Shown: positions 1 through 12,584, numbered from the stretch's first letter. The stretch: 64,000 nucleotides of DNA from Eledone cirrhosa (GCA_964016885.1 OZ024762.1:2232001-2296000), one strand, 5' to 3'. Notes: generated by a model not told the origin, from the letters alone. A program made the numbers and translations.

Positions 1-331
1 CTTCTTTGCGAGGACCCAAACAATTGGCGCCGACTTTGCTATGGCTTTCATGGGAGCGTCCCTGAGATCTTGTCCAATGGAGTTACCAATAGTCTTGTTA
101 TTGTTGTAGTTGTTGTTGTAGTTGTTGTTGTTGTCGATGGCTTCGTCTATTTGTACAGGTTCCAGAAACATTTTCATGGGACCCTCTCTCAGGTTGACCT
201 GTTCCAACCAGATCCTGTGCAGTACGAAGATGTTCATTAGAATTAAGAGAACTCCCACAATCAAGATGATGAGAACTACGTATGACAGACGGCTCAGCAT
301 CCGCATCTTCGGCACTCGAATTCCTTTGATT
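1..331 (-). CDS. Main coding exon of the type II membrane protein (second in-frame ATG at 306)
   Basis: Acceptor ttgatttcag ends at 332; 102 open codons from ATG 306 to base 1 include the transmembrane segment. Confidence 0.75.
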
Positions 332-2094
332 CTGAAATCAATAATAATAATAATAATAATAATAATGATTTCATTTATTAGCCACAAGGGCCGACATAAT
401 AATAATAATAATAATAATAATGATTAGGTACTATCTTAAAAAGTTTCCAAGGATGATTAAAGAAAATTGGCCCCGCCCCACTTTTTGGAACGCTTCAAAA
501 GGCATGCTTGCTGGGAACAGCAAGAACCCTCCGATACGTCCTGAATATCTGAGGCTGCAGGTAGCGGCTTGATATTCATTTCAACAAACTTTCCAGTTAA
601 CCAACATCAATGACTGACACTCAAAGAACAATAATAAAAATAATTGTTTCTACTTTTGGCACAAGGCCAGCAATTACCCAGTGCATTACTGGTACTTTAT
701 TTTATCGACCCCGTAAGGATGAAAGGCAAAGTTTAACCTCGGTGGGATTTGAACTCAGATCATAAAGGGACGTAACTCTATGCCGCAAAGCATGGCGTCC
801 GACCCTCTACCGATACTACCAAACGACCGCCTTCAATAATAATAATAATAATGGTTTCAGTTATTGGCCACCAGGGCCGACATGCAGGGGACAGTGGTGG
901 GGGGTACAATAAGCTCGAGTAAAAGTGCACAATGGGGTGGAGGGTTACCCAGGGACAACTCAGGTACCCCACCAATCCTGAACCAGGACACCCCTCTCCT
1001 CCTCAATAATACAAAAAAAAGGATCGATCGACTTTCGCCAAATCGGACCAAGGAAACAATGTTCCCGCTGGTCTTTCCAGTTGCTTGTACTATCTGTCGG
1101 TCACAATTTTAGGTGAGGGGAAATTTGGTTAAATCGACCCCAATGCATTACTGGTACTTTATTTTATGCCCCCTCCCACCCCGCTGGTAAGGATGAATGG
1201 TAAAGCAACATAGCAACATATCACCATAGCAAAGCAATACATGACAACATAGCAGTGTAGTACATCCCCATAGCAACATAGCAACATATCACCAAAGCAA
1301 CATACGATCTTATCACCATAGCAACATAGCAACTTATCCCCCATAGCAACATATCATCATAGCAACATATCACCATAGCACCTTATCACCATAGCAACAT
1401 AGCAACATATCACCATAGCAACATAGTACGTACGCTAGAGCTGTCTGGACTTCCTTTGTAATAGACATAGGAGCAACCTGTAATATAATGGGGGATTTCT
1501 TGTAAATAGCTGGGATTGTAGTGTTAGAGGGAGAGTGTGTTTTTGTGGGTGTGTGTGTAGTATGTGTGTGTGGGTGTGTGTAGTATGTGTGTGTGAAAAT
1601 AGCTGGTATTATAGTTGTATTCAATAGTGCGTGTGTATACCACCACACTAGCCCCCCAACAACAACAACACTACCACTACACCCCCCACTAACACCACCA
1701 CCACCACACCACCACCACCACCACACCACTACCACCACCACACCACCACCACCACCACCACCACCACCACTACCACCACCACACCACCACTACCACCACC
1801 ACTACCACCACCACACCACCACCACCACCACCACTACCACCACCACTACTACCACCACCACACCACCACACCACTACCACCACCACCACCACTACCACCA
1901 CCACACCACCACACCACCACACCACCACACCACCACCACCACACCACCACCACACCACCACCACCACCACCACCACCACACCACACCACCACCACCACCA
2001 CCACCACACCACACCACCACTACCACCACCACACCACCACACCACCACCACCACCACCACTACCACCACCACTACTAATTACCTCCCAAGACAT
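1..2094 (-). CDS. N-terminal part of a type II (signal-anchor) membrane protein, possibly a Golgi glycosyltransferase/sulfotransferase-like enzyme; exons 2098-2083 (ATG at 2094), 1477-1434, 331-<1; continues beyond the window
   Basis: Three AG/GT-bounded exons splice in frame: MSWE|VAPMSITKEVQTALA|IKGIRVPKMRMLSRLSYVVLIILIVGVLLILMNIFVLHRIWLEQVNLREGPMKMFLEPVQIDEAIDNNNNYNNNYNNNKTIGNSIGQDLRDAPMKAIAKSAPIVWVLAKK. A basic cytoplasmic stretch precedes one long hydrophobic helix and an Asn-rich stem with an N-K-T sequon. The frame is open to base 1. The family assignment is inferred from topology only. Confidence 0.7.
425..630 (+). mobile_element. 3' end of an R4/Dong-like RLE non-LTR retrotransposon in an (AAT)n tract
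   Basis: Translates LGTILKSFQG*LKKIGPAPLFGTLQKACLLGTARTLRYVLNI*, matching the C-terminal LQK..LLGTAR.LR.VL motif of R4/Dong elements, which target (TAA)n. Flanked by (AAT)n. Confidence 0.6.
641..835 (-). mobile_element. tRNA-derived SINE family A (central GCCTTTCATCCTTACGGGGTCGATAAAATAAAGTACCAG domain)
   Basis: Dispersed copies at ~7556-8310, 14680-14870(+), 15357-15532, 30238-30325, 52915-53050(+), 55870-56035 and 59570-59740(+). B-box-like GAGTTCAAATCC. Confidence 0.75.
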
Positions 2095-2418
2095 TTCACT
2101 GTAAATGATACGGTTGTAGTTTTTCACGTCACTAAACAACCACTACTACTACTACTACTGATACTACTACTACTACTACTACTACTGCTACTACTACTGA
2201 TACTACTACTACTACTACTGATGCTACTACTACTGATACTACTGATGCTACTACTGATGCTACTACCACTACTACTACTACTACTGCTACTACTACTGAT
2301 ACTACTACTACTACTACTGATGCTACTACTACTACTACTACTACTGATACTACTGATGCTACTACCACTACTACTACTACTGCTACTACTACTGATACTA
2401 CTACTACTACTACTGATG

Positions 2419-2450
<32 letters not shown>

Positions 2451-2760
2451 GCTACTACTGCTACTACTACTACTACTACTACTACTACTGCTACTACTGC
2501 TACTACAACTGTTGATGCTACTACCACTACTACTACTACTGCTACTACTACTGATACTACTACTACTACTACTGATGCTACTACCACTACTACTACTACT
2601 ACTGATGCTACTACTACTACTACTACTGATGCTACTACTGATGCTACTACCACTACTACTACTACTACTGCTACTACTACTGATACTACTACTACTACTA
2701 CTGATGCTATTACTACTACTACTATTGCTACCACCACTACTACTACTACCACCACTACCA
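1640..2760. repeat. (CAC)n then (CTA)n degenerate microsatellites flanking the 16-nt micro-exon
   Basis: Direct inspection. Confidence 0.9.
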
Positions 2761-2969
2761 CTACAATAACAACCACAAGAACAACAACAATAAAATATAA
2801 TAAACTTCCCCCCCCCGGTGGTCCAGAGGAGGGGAGTGGAGGCTGAATTGTTGCAGCAGGTGCCTTGTTGTGTTGGTTCAGGGACTTTGTCCTGGGTACA
2901 AATTCTCTCCTGGGATTCAAAATCCCAGCAATAGCTGCATGATTAATTAATCCCATCCTGGGACCACAT

Positions 2970-3940
2970 GGTGGTGGTGGTGGTGGTGGTGGTAGTGTTA
3001 TGGTGGTGTAATAGTGTTGGTGGTGGTGTGGTGGTGGTGGTGTTATGGTGGTGTAATGGTGTTGGTGTAATGGTGGTGGTGGTGTAATGGTGGTGGTGGT
3101 GTGGTGGTATTGGTGGTGGTGGTGGTGGTGGTGGTAGTGTTATGGTGGTGTAATGGTGGTGGTGGTGTAATGGTGGTGGTGGTGTGGTGGTATTGGTGGT
3201 GGTGGTGGTGGTAGTGTTATGGTGGTGTAATGGTGGTGGTGGTGTAATGGTGGTGGTGGTGGTGTTATGGTGGTGGTGGTGTGGTGGTATTGGTGGTGGT
3301 GGTGTAATGGTGTTGGTGGTGGTGGTGTTATGGTGGTGTAATGGTGGTGGTGGTGGCGTAATGGTCGTGGTCGTGGTGTTGGTGGTGGTGGTATAATGGT
3401 GGTGGTGGTGGTGTTATGGTGGTGGTGGTGGTGTTGGTGGTGGTGGTATAATGGTGGTGGTGGTGGTGTTATGGTGGTGGTGGTGGTGTAATGGTGGTGG
3501 TGGTGGCGTAATGGTGGTGGTGGTGGTGTGGTGGTGGTGTTGGTGGTGGTGGTATAATGGTGGTGGTGGTGGTGTAATGGTGTTGGTGATGGTGGTGTAA
3601 TGGTGGTGGTGGTGGTGGTGGTAGGTATATCTGGGTGTGTCTAGGGTTAAACTCTGAAAGTAACTGATTAATGAAGGGAACAAAATATCTGGTGTTGGTG
3701 CATATGTACTGACAGTGGTGGTGGTGGTGGTGGTGTGGTGGTGGTGTGGTGGTGGTGGTGGTGGTGGTGTGGTGGTTGTGGTGTGATGGTGGTGGTGGTG
3801 GTGTTGGTGGTGATGGTGTGGTGTGGTGGTTGTGGGTGTGGTGTGGTGTTACTGGTGGTGGTGATGGTGTGGTGGGGTGGTGGTGGTGGTGGTGGTGGTG
3901 ATGGTTGTGGTGTGGTGTGGTGGTGTTGTGGTGGTGGTGG
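2970..3940. repeat. (GGT)n degenerate microsatellite
   Basis: Direct inspection. Confidence 0.9.
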
Positions 3941-4352
3941 TGTCTGCTACATAACCTGGTTAACGCCCCCTCCCCCCATTCTTACACCCCCACCACCCAC
4001 ATAGACAAATTAACAATATCAACAATCCGGGAAGATTTCATTCCAGATAAATATAATAAAGTGTATATATATGTGTGTATATATGTGTGTATATATGTGT
4101 GTATATATGTGTGTATATATGTGTGTATATATGTGTGTATATATGTGTGTATATATGTGTGTATATATGTGTGTATATATGTGTGTATATATGTGTGTAT
4201 ATATGTGTGTATATATGTGTGTATATATATGTATATGTGTGAGAGAGTGTATATATATATATATATATGTGGGTGGGTGTATGTATAGGTGTGTATGTGT
4301 GTATGTGAGTGAATGTATGAAAGTGTATATGTCTGTGTTTAGTTTTACAAGT

Positions 4353-4399
<47 letters not shown>

Positions 4400-4400
4400 A

Positions 4401-4439
<39 letters not shown>

Positions 4440-4442
4440 CAA

Positions 4443-4481
<39 letters not shown>

Positions 4482-4548
4482 CAAATATATATATACATAT
4501 ATATATATACATATATATATATATACATATATATATATACACATATAT

Positions 4549-4579
<31 letters not shown>

Positions 4580-4994
4580 CATATATATACACATATATAT
4601 ATACATATACATATATATATACATATACATACATATATATATATACACACATATATATACATATACATATACATATATATATACATATACATATACATAT
4701 ACATATATATCTGAAGTATTTCCGTAGGAAAGGTAAAGGAAAAGAGAGTGCTCTATGTAGGCTACAGAGCTTTTTAGTTATGTAATAAACAACATGCCAT
4801 GTTATTCATTTTGACGACTGAAGACTGATGTAAACATCTGTCTTCAAGAAACCACTGGTAAATGAATTAATTATCTTATGTTGTTTACTACATCGGCAAA
4901 ATCAAAACAAGATATTTTTGCGAGCAATGAATCTTGATGTAGATTTAACCCCCAAAACTCTTTCCGAACTATATAAGGAACACTTGTGATTATT

Positions 4995-5050
4995 TATGCC
5001 CTTGAGAAGCCCAACTGGGCGAAACGTACGTAGGTGATATTTTAAATAAA
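4995..5050 (+). ncRNA. Minimal type I hammerhead ribozyme-like motif, U3-A8 core variant
   Basis: TTGAGAA (5002-5008), stem II GCCC-AACT-GGGC, GAAAC-GTAC-GTA (predicted cleavage after 5032), AATAAA 5045-5050. Stem I is weak. Confidence 0.55.
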
Positions 5051-5276
5051 CATGTTTTAACGGTCTATTCTCCGATTTTTCACTTTCCCACGTGCTTACG
5101 CTCTGCTAACTCTCTAGCCCACTAAATATTAACACTTCGAATATTTAATACTGCCGGCACTAGTATTGAGCACCTTTGGCATACGCTACTTGGCAAATAA
5201 CTATATGTATCACCTATCCCTCCTTTTTCTCTCTTTCTCGATACGTAAATACTGTATATAAATATATATATATATA

Positions 5277-5337
<61 letters not shown>

Positions 5338-5387
5338 CAAGAGATAAGAGTAACATGGTTGTCTGTACAATAAGGACTTTATTCACA

Positions 5388-5501
5388 GTGCTGACAATTG
5401 TTTCTTTGATCTTTTGATCTGGTATGTCTGGACGTCGCTAATCAATGTTGCGTCAATCGAACTCCAATACTTTGTTTATAACCAGTTAATTCATCAGAGC
5501 A
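5388..5501 (-). ncRNA. Type I hammerhead ribozyme motif with 86-nt stem II region
   Basis: On the minus strand: stem I TGCT/AGCA, CTGATGA (5497-5491), GAAAC-AATT-GTC (predicted cleavage after 5393), then AATAAA, tail and (TA)n. The base of stem II is imperfect. Confidence 0.6.
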
Positions 5502-5649
5502 TACATACATATACACACATATACATATTTATATACACATATATATATATACACATATATATATATATACTTATGGTAAACATTGATGCAATTAATCAAT
5601 TGAAGCACTCAACGTACTTTTTCCACATAGGAGTGACGGAGTATATTTA

Positions 5650-5919
5650 GAATAAGAAAATGCGAAGTAGTTTCAGATGTTGAAGTCATTTAATGATAGG
5701 GAACGGGAGAAGAATTCAAGAACACTCCCCTTTGTCCGTTCCTTTGTCGATTCGATTTGGATTGCCTCGGGAACGTAACCTTATTATCTAAGAAGCTGTC
5801 TGATGAGATCACGGCACTGGGTACATGGAATCCTGTGGCCACTGATGTCATTGAAATATGTATCACAGCATTATCATTAAAGGACTTTAACATCTGAAAC
5901 TACTTCCCATTTTCTTATT

Positions 5920-5920
<1 letters not shown>
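5650..5920 (+). mobile_element. Foldback element (~49-bp inverted arms) carrying a hammerhead; Penelope-like solo pLTR candidate
   Basis: 5650-5698 is a near-perfect reverse complement of 5872-5920. Hammerhead inside; the element ends in (TA)n. Confidence 0.65.
5795..5869 (+). ncRNA. Type I hammerhead ribozyme motif
   Basis: Stem I GCTGT/ACAGC, CTGATGA 5800-5806, 46-nt stem II region, GAAAT-ATGT-ATC (predicted cleavage after 5864), ATTAAA downstream. Confidence 0.7.
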
Positions 5921-5992
<72 letters not shown>

Positions 5993-5996
5993 TGTA

Positions 5997-6184
5997 ACAA
6001 AGGAATTGTGGTAAGGAATCAGATGGACCATAATGTATCAGAGTACTCAATACTTAGGGTAGTAGAGTGGGAAATAGGAAAAAGTATGACCCCGACGGCA
6101 GAACTCAAGCCGTTTCGACGGCTATTTCTGGACAGAAATAGCTGTCGAAACGGCTTGAGCTCTGCCGTCGGGGTCATACTTTTT

Positions 6185-6190
<6 letters not shown>
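5997..6190. mobile_element. Palindromic (TA)n-embedded repeat family P
   Basis: ~55-bp arm hairpin centred near 6132. Related copies at ~8512-8635, 12396-12588, 19990-20198, 42300-42508 and 51455-51648, adjacent to (TA)n or related simple repeats. Confidence 0.75.
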
Positions 6191-6217
<27 letters not shown>

Positions 6218-6334
6218 CTACAAGGCAAGTGATACTCCCAGCTTGTCTCCAACCGTTGTTGCTGGCTTGCCTGAACCAAGGTGTTTTACGTTCAGAAAAA
6301 TTATTTTTGAGCCAAGGTTTCAATTTATATATAC

Positions 6335-6815
6335 AGGTGTTCCATTGAAGCGGGTAGAAAAGTTCAGGTACCTTGGAGCCGTGTTCACGAGTGATGGAAG
6401 GAAGGAGGCTGAATTATGTACAAGAGTTGCAGGAACTGGTGCGGTAATGTGCCAGCTTCAGCATTCGGTAATCAGAAGAAGGGAGGTAGGTGTAAAAGTC
6501 AAACTCGTTGTCTACAATTCGGTAGTCGTATCAACCCTTAACTATGGTCAGGAATCTTGGGTAATGACTGAAAGAATACAATCGGCTGGCATGGGGTTCC
6601 TCTGAAGGGTCTTTAGAGTAACGTTACTTGATAGAGTGTGTAGCTCGGAGATGAGAGAATCACTCCAGGTAGAGCTGCTACTTCTCTGAATTGGGAGATC
6701 ACAGCTCTGATACTATGGACATGTGGGTAGAATGTCTGAGGAAAAAATCACTGGACAGATTTTATGGGCAAAACCAGCTGGCGAGAGATTCAGGGGTAGA
6801 CCCTAAACAAGATGT
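6335..6815 (+). mobile_element. RTE-clade LINE 3' ORF fragment (decayed)
   Basis: EKFRYLG...LNYGQESW...YYGHVGRM...RGRP, with in-frame stops. Confidence 0.85.
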
Positions 6816-7151
6816 TTGACATTAGGAAGGGCATCCTGCCGTAGAAATCATGTCAAAAACAGAATGTATGAGCAAGATTTGGTCACTTGGCCAGTCGTAA
6901 CATCTGAAAGTGACAACCCACCTAACCCATGTAATCAGGGTAAATAGATGTTAAATTGTGATGATGATGATGATGATATACACATATATAGGTTTTAACA
7001 TACATACATACATATATATATGTGTGTGTATGTGTGTGTGTGTATGTGTGTGTCTGTGTATGTGTGCATATGTCCAACCCATGCCAAGAGAGAGAGAAAG
7101 AGAAAGATTACATAGAAGAGAGACTTCTACAGAGAGAGAGAGAGAGACCTC

Positions 7152-7194
<43 letters not shown>

Positions 7195-7215
7195 CTACAG
7201 AGAGAGAGAGACCTC

Positions 7216-7246
<31 letters not shown>

Positions 7247-7555
7247 TTGTACAGAGATCAACACAATAAATGTCCCTAGAAGTTTTAAAGGTGAGGCTGG
7301 TTATTAAAAAAGAAATATTTGAAAGAATGAAAGAGATTGAATGAAACTCTAGCTCCTCCTTTCCCCCGTTCCTCCTTCCCCCTTTCCTTCTTTCCCCCTT
7401 TCCCCCTTTCCTCTTTCCCCCTTTCCTCATTTCCTTCTTTCCCCAGGGAAGTCTATTTTTATTGTTTGTAACAAAAGTCTGTCAATATTCCTGTCAAACA
7501 AGAGATTTCTAAAATAAACACAAACCTTTCCTATTTTCTACAATTAGCAGAGTAA

Positions 7556-7866
7556 TAATTGTTTCTACTTTTGGCACAAGGCCAGCAATTACCCAGTGTA
7601 TTACTGGTACTTTATTCTATCGACCCCGGAAGGATGAAAGGTAAAGCTAACCTTGGCAGAACATAAAGGGGCGTAACTCTAATAATTGCTTCTACTTTTG
7701 GCACAAGGCCAGCAATTACCTCAGTGCATTACTGGTACTTTATTTTATCGACCCTGTAAAGCTAACCTCGGCGGGATTTGAACTCAGACCGTAAAGGGGC
7801 GTAACTCTATGCCGGAAAGCATGGCGTCCCACCCTCTACCGATACTACCAATTCACTGCCGTTAAT

Positions 7867-7897
<31 letters not shown>

Positions 7898-8219
7898 GTA
7901 ATAATAATAATTGTTTCTACTTTTGGCACAAGGCCAGCAATTACGCCAGTGTATTACTGGTACTTTATTCTATCGACCCCGGAAGGATGAAAGGTAAAGC
8001 TAACCTTGGCAGAACATAAAGGGGCGTAACTCTAATAATTGCTTCTACTTTTGGCACAAGGCCAGCAATTACCTCAGTGCATTACTGGTACTTTATTTTA
8101 TCGACCCTGTAAAGCTAACCTCGGCGGGATTTGAACTCAGACCGTAAAGGGGCGTAACTCTATGCCGGAAAGCATGGCGTCCCACCCTCTACCGATACTA
8201 CCAATTCACTGCCGTTAAT

Positions 8220-8250
<31 letters not shown>

Positions 8251-8310
8251 GTAATAATAATAATTGTTTCTACTTTTGGCACAAGGCCAGCAATTACGGC
8301 AGTGTATTAC
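7556..8310 (-). repeat. ~352-bp tandem duplication of a SINE-A dimer plus (AAT)n
   Basis: The same block starts at 7559, 7911 and 8264 (third copy partial). Confidence 0.85.
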
Positions 8311-8388
8311 TGGTATATATAATAATTATATAATAATAATGAAACTAGTAATTTCATCAGGAATGCAAAATACAAAACAAAACAAGTG

Positions 8389-8489
<101 letters not shown>

Positions 8490-8633
8490 GATAACCAGAT
8501 AGACAGATAGATACAAAGGAATTGTGGTAAGATACCAGGTGGACCATAACGCACCAGAGTACTCAATACTTAGGCTAGTAGAGTGGGTAATAGGAAAAGA
8601 GTTGGAACCCCGGGGTCTTGACTCTTTTCCTAT

Positions 8634-8667
<34 letters not shown>

Positions 8668-8919
8668 GGTAGATAGGTAGATAGGTAGATAGGTAGATAC
8701 CTTTATCCATTAATTAATTAGCTGCCATAAAGTCCAGCGAGAGAGGAGCCAGGATTACCCTCCATCCTCTCTTAATGTAGTTTGGTCATGTGACATGAGC
8801 AGAAGTCCCTGGAATAACATCAACTGTTTCATACCTCCCCCTCCTCATCACCACCATCACCACGGCCACCACCAACATCCCCATCACCCCCACCTTCATC
8901 AGTAGCACAATCAGCAGCA

Positions 8920-9570
8920 CCACCATCACCCCCCTCCACCACGCCACCATCACCCCCCTCCACCACGCCACCATCACCCCCCTCCACCACGCCACCATCA
9001 CCCCCCTCCACCACGCCACCATCACCCCCTCCACCACGCCACCATCACCCCCTCCACCACGCCACCATCACCCCCTCCACCACGCCACCATCACCCCCCT
9101 CCACCACGCCACCATCACCCCCTTCACCACGCCACCATCACCCCCTCCACCACGCCACCATCACCCCCCTCCACCACGCCACCATCACCCCCCTCCACCA
9201 CGCCACCATCACCCCCTCCACCACGCCACCATCACCCCCCTCCACCACGCCACCATCACCCCCCTCCACCACGCCACCATCACCCCCTCCACCACGCCAC
9301 CATCACCCCCTCCACCACGCCACCATCACCCCCCTCCACCACGCCACCATCACCCCCTTCACCACGCCACCATCACCCCCTCCACCACGCCACCATCACC
9401 CCCCTCCACCACGCCACCATCACCCCCCTCCACCACGCCACCATCACCCCCTCCACCACGCCACCATCACCCCCCTCCACCACGCCACCATCACCCCCTC
9501 CACCACGCCACCATCACCCCCTCCACCACGCCACCATCACCCCCTTCACCACGCCACCATCACCCCCCCA
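8920..9570. repeat. 20/21-bp minisatellite CCACCACGCCACCATCACCCCC(C)T
   Basis: About 30 tandem units. Confidence 0.9.
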
Positions 9571-9769
9571 ATCACCACCAGCACCACCACCACCAACGCC
9601 ACTACCCCCCTCACCCCTCTCATTTCTCTTGCATCTTCTTAGAACAAAGATTCTTCTCTCTCTCTCCCTCTCCCCCTCTCTCTTGTAGTGTTTGTATATA
9701 TTACAAATTAGTAGAAATATGGCAGAGAGGGGGGGGGAGAAGAAGAGGAGAAGGAGGAGGAGGAGGAGG

Positions 9770-9800
<31 letters not shown>

Positions 9801-9952
9801 GAATAAAAAGAAGAAGGAAGTAGAAGAAGAGGGAGAGGTGTAGAAAATGTGGTGGGTGGATTTGTGGGTACATCAGGTTAGATTAAACTACCCTCATTCC
9901 ACCTTCGCCTCTTCTCCGCTGCTTCCACACTGCTTCTATATATACACTCACC

Positions 9953-10007
<55 letters not shown>

Positions 10008-10080
10008 GAATATATATACATGCATACATATATACAAATATACATATATATATATATATATATACATACATATATATATT

Positions 10081-10355
10081 TGGACCAGGTGATGTGTTGT
10101 TTCCTTGAGCAAGACACTTTATTTCACATTGCTCCAGTTTACTCAGCTGTAGAAATGAGATGATAGGGACCGGGGTCCCTATCATTCCACTGCAAAGTGG
10201 TCGTGGAGGTGCCACGGCAAAAAACCACCCAGCCCACACTGTAAATGAGGTTGGTGTTAGGAAGGGCATCCAGCTGTAGAAACAAGCAGAATCAGTTCCC
10301 GTCCACCCCTGCAAGCAGGGAAAAAGCGGACGTAAAATGAAATGACGATGATGAT
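10081..10355 (+). mobile_element. SINE family B (CORE-like TTCCTTGAGCAAGACACTT domain, (GAT)n tail), 5'-truncated
   Basis: Copies with tRNA-like head at 29790-29960, 34845-35163(-), 53506-53770 and 57695-58040(-). Tail fragments at 14405-14560, 25215-25500, 33825-33995 and 51250-51410. Confidence 0.75.
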
Positions 10356-10812
10356 ATATATACACATAAATATATACATGTATATATAATAAGCAAAGAG
10401 ATATTTAATTTGTTGCTTAACAAATTTATTTATAACAGATTCGAAGCACTCTACAAGTTTCTTCTGGAGTATAATATCATGATATTAATACATGGAAACT
10501 TTCTTTATAAACCATATTTATTTTTGTATATATATTTCAAGGGTACCAAAAAGATATGTGTGTAATGATGATATATATATATATATATATATATATGGAA
10601 TGTAGGTTGATGTAGGTTCACTCGAGAGAGCAGTCAATGAGTAGTCACTTCAGACTCCTTCTCACATTACCACAGCCGAGGTCCGAGCTTTTGATTCCAG
10701 AGTCCGAGCCAGATCAATACAGATCAAACCTTGAGCTGATCAATAAATGTAACAAAGACATAACAAATCGTCCTTTCTATTATATATATATATATAAATA
10801 TATATATATATT

Positions 10813-10846
<34 letters not shown>

Positions 10847-10881
10847 ATTATATATATATATTATATAATATATATTATATA

Positions 10882-10950
<69 letters not shown>

Positions 10951-11096
10951 TATATATATATATTATATATATTATATATATATATTATATATATATTATA
11001 TATATATATTATATATATATATATATAATATATAATATATAATATATTTATATATATATATATATTATATAATATATATATATATTATATAAATAT

Positions 11097-11131
<35 letters not shown>

Positions 11132-11191
11132 ATATATATATATATTATATATATATAATATATATATATATTATATATATATATTATATAT

Positions 11192-11237
<46 letters not shown>

Positions 11238-11379
11238 ATTATATATGTATAATATATATAGTATATGGATCTCGGGAATTTTACCCGCCTTAGATATATT
11301 ATATATATATATTATATATATATATTATATATATATATTATATATATATATTATATATATATATATATATTATATATAT

Positions 11380-11410
<31 letters not shown>

Positions 11411-11714
11411 TATATATTATATATATATATATATTAATATATATAATTATATATATATATATTATATCATATATAATATATATATTATATATATATAATA
11501 TATATATATAATATATATATTATATATATTATATATATATATATTATATATATTATATATATATATATATTTTATATATATATTATATATATATATTATA
11601 TATATATATTATATATATATTATTATATAATATATATATATATATATTATATATATATATTATATATATATATATATATTATATATATATATATATAATA
11701 TTATATATATATAT

Positions 11715-11748
<34 letters not shown>

Positions 11749-12313
11749 ATTATATATATATATTATATATATTATATATATATATTATATATATATTATA
11801 TATATATTATATATATATTATATATATATTATATATATATATTATATATATATATTATATATATATATTATATATATTATATATATATATTATATATATA
11901 ATATATATATATATTATATATATTATATATATATATTATATGTATATATTATATATATATATATATTATATATATATATTATATATATATATTATATATA
12001 TATATTATATATATATATTATATATATATATTATATATATATATTATTATATATATATATTATATATATATATTATATATATATATTATATATATATATT
12101 ATATATATATATTATATATATATTATATAATATATATTATATATATATATATATAAATAATATATTATTATATATATATATTATATATATATATTATATA
12201 TATATATTGTATATATATATTATATATATATATTGTATATATATATATTATATATATATATTATATATTATATATATATATAATATATATATATATATTA
12301 TATATATATATAT

Positions 12314-12374
<61 letters not shown>

Positions 12375-12584
12375 ATATATATATATATATATATATGAAA
12401 AAGTATGACCCCGACGGCAGAGCTCAAGCCGTTTCGACTGCTATTTCTGGACTGAAATAGCCGTCGAAACGGCTTCAGCTCTGGCGTCGGGGTCATACTT
12501 TTTCCTATTTCCCACTCTACTACCCTAAGTATTGAGTACTCTGGTGCGTTATGGTCCACCTGGTTCCTTACCACAATTCCTTTG

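Noticed and set aside
4019-4727. Long YI/IY/VC-repeat ORFs here and throughout (e.g. 11940, 16139, 19160, 38960-40502)
   Set aside because: Translations of (TA)n/(CA)n microsatellites, open in several frames on both strands.
4815-4850. CTGAAGA followed by a hairpin
   Set aside because: The core bases are themselves paired within the hairpin; no hammerhead topology.
8335-8365. CTGATGA on the minus strand as a hammerhead
   Set aside because: No GAAA/UH or stem I follows on that strand.
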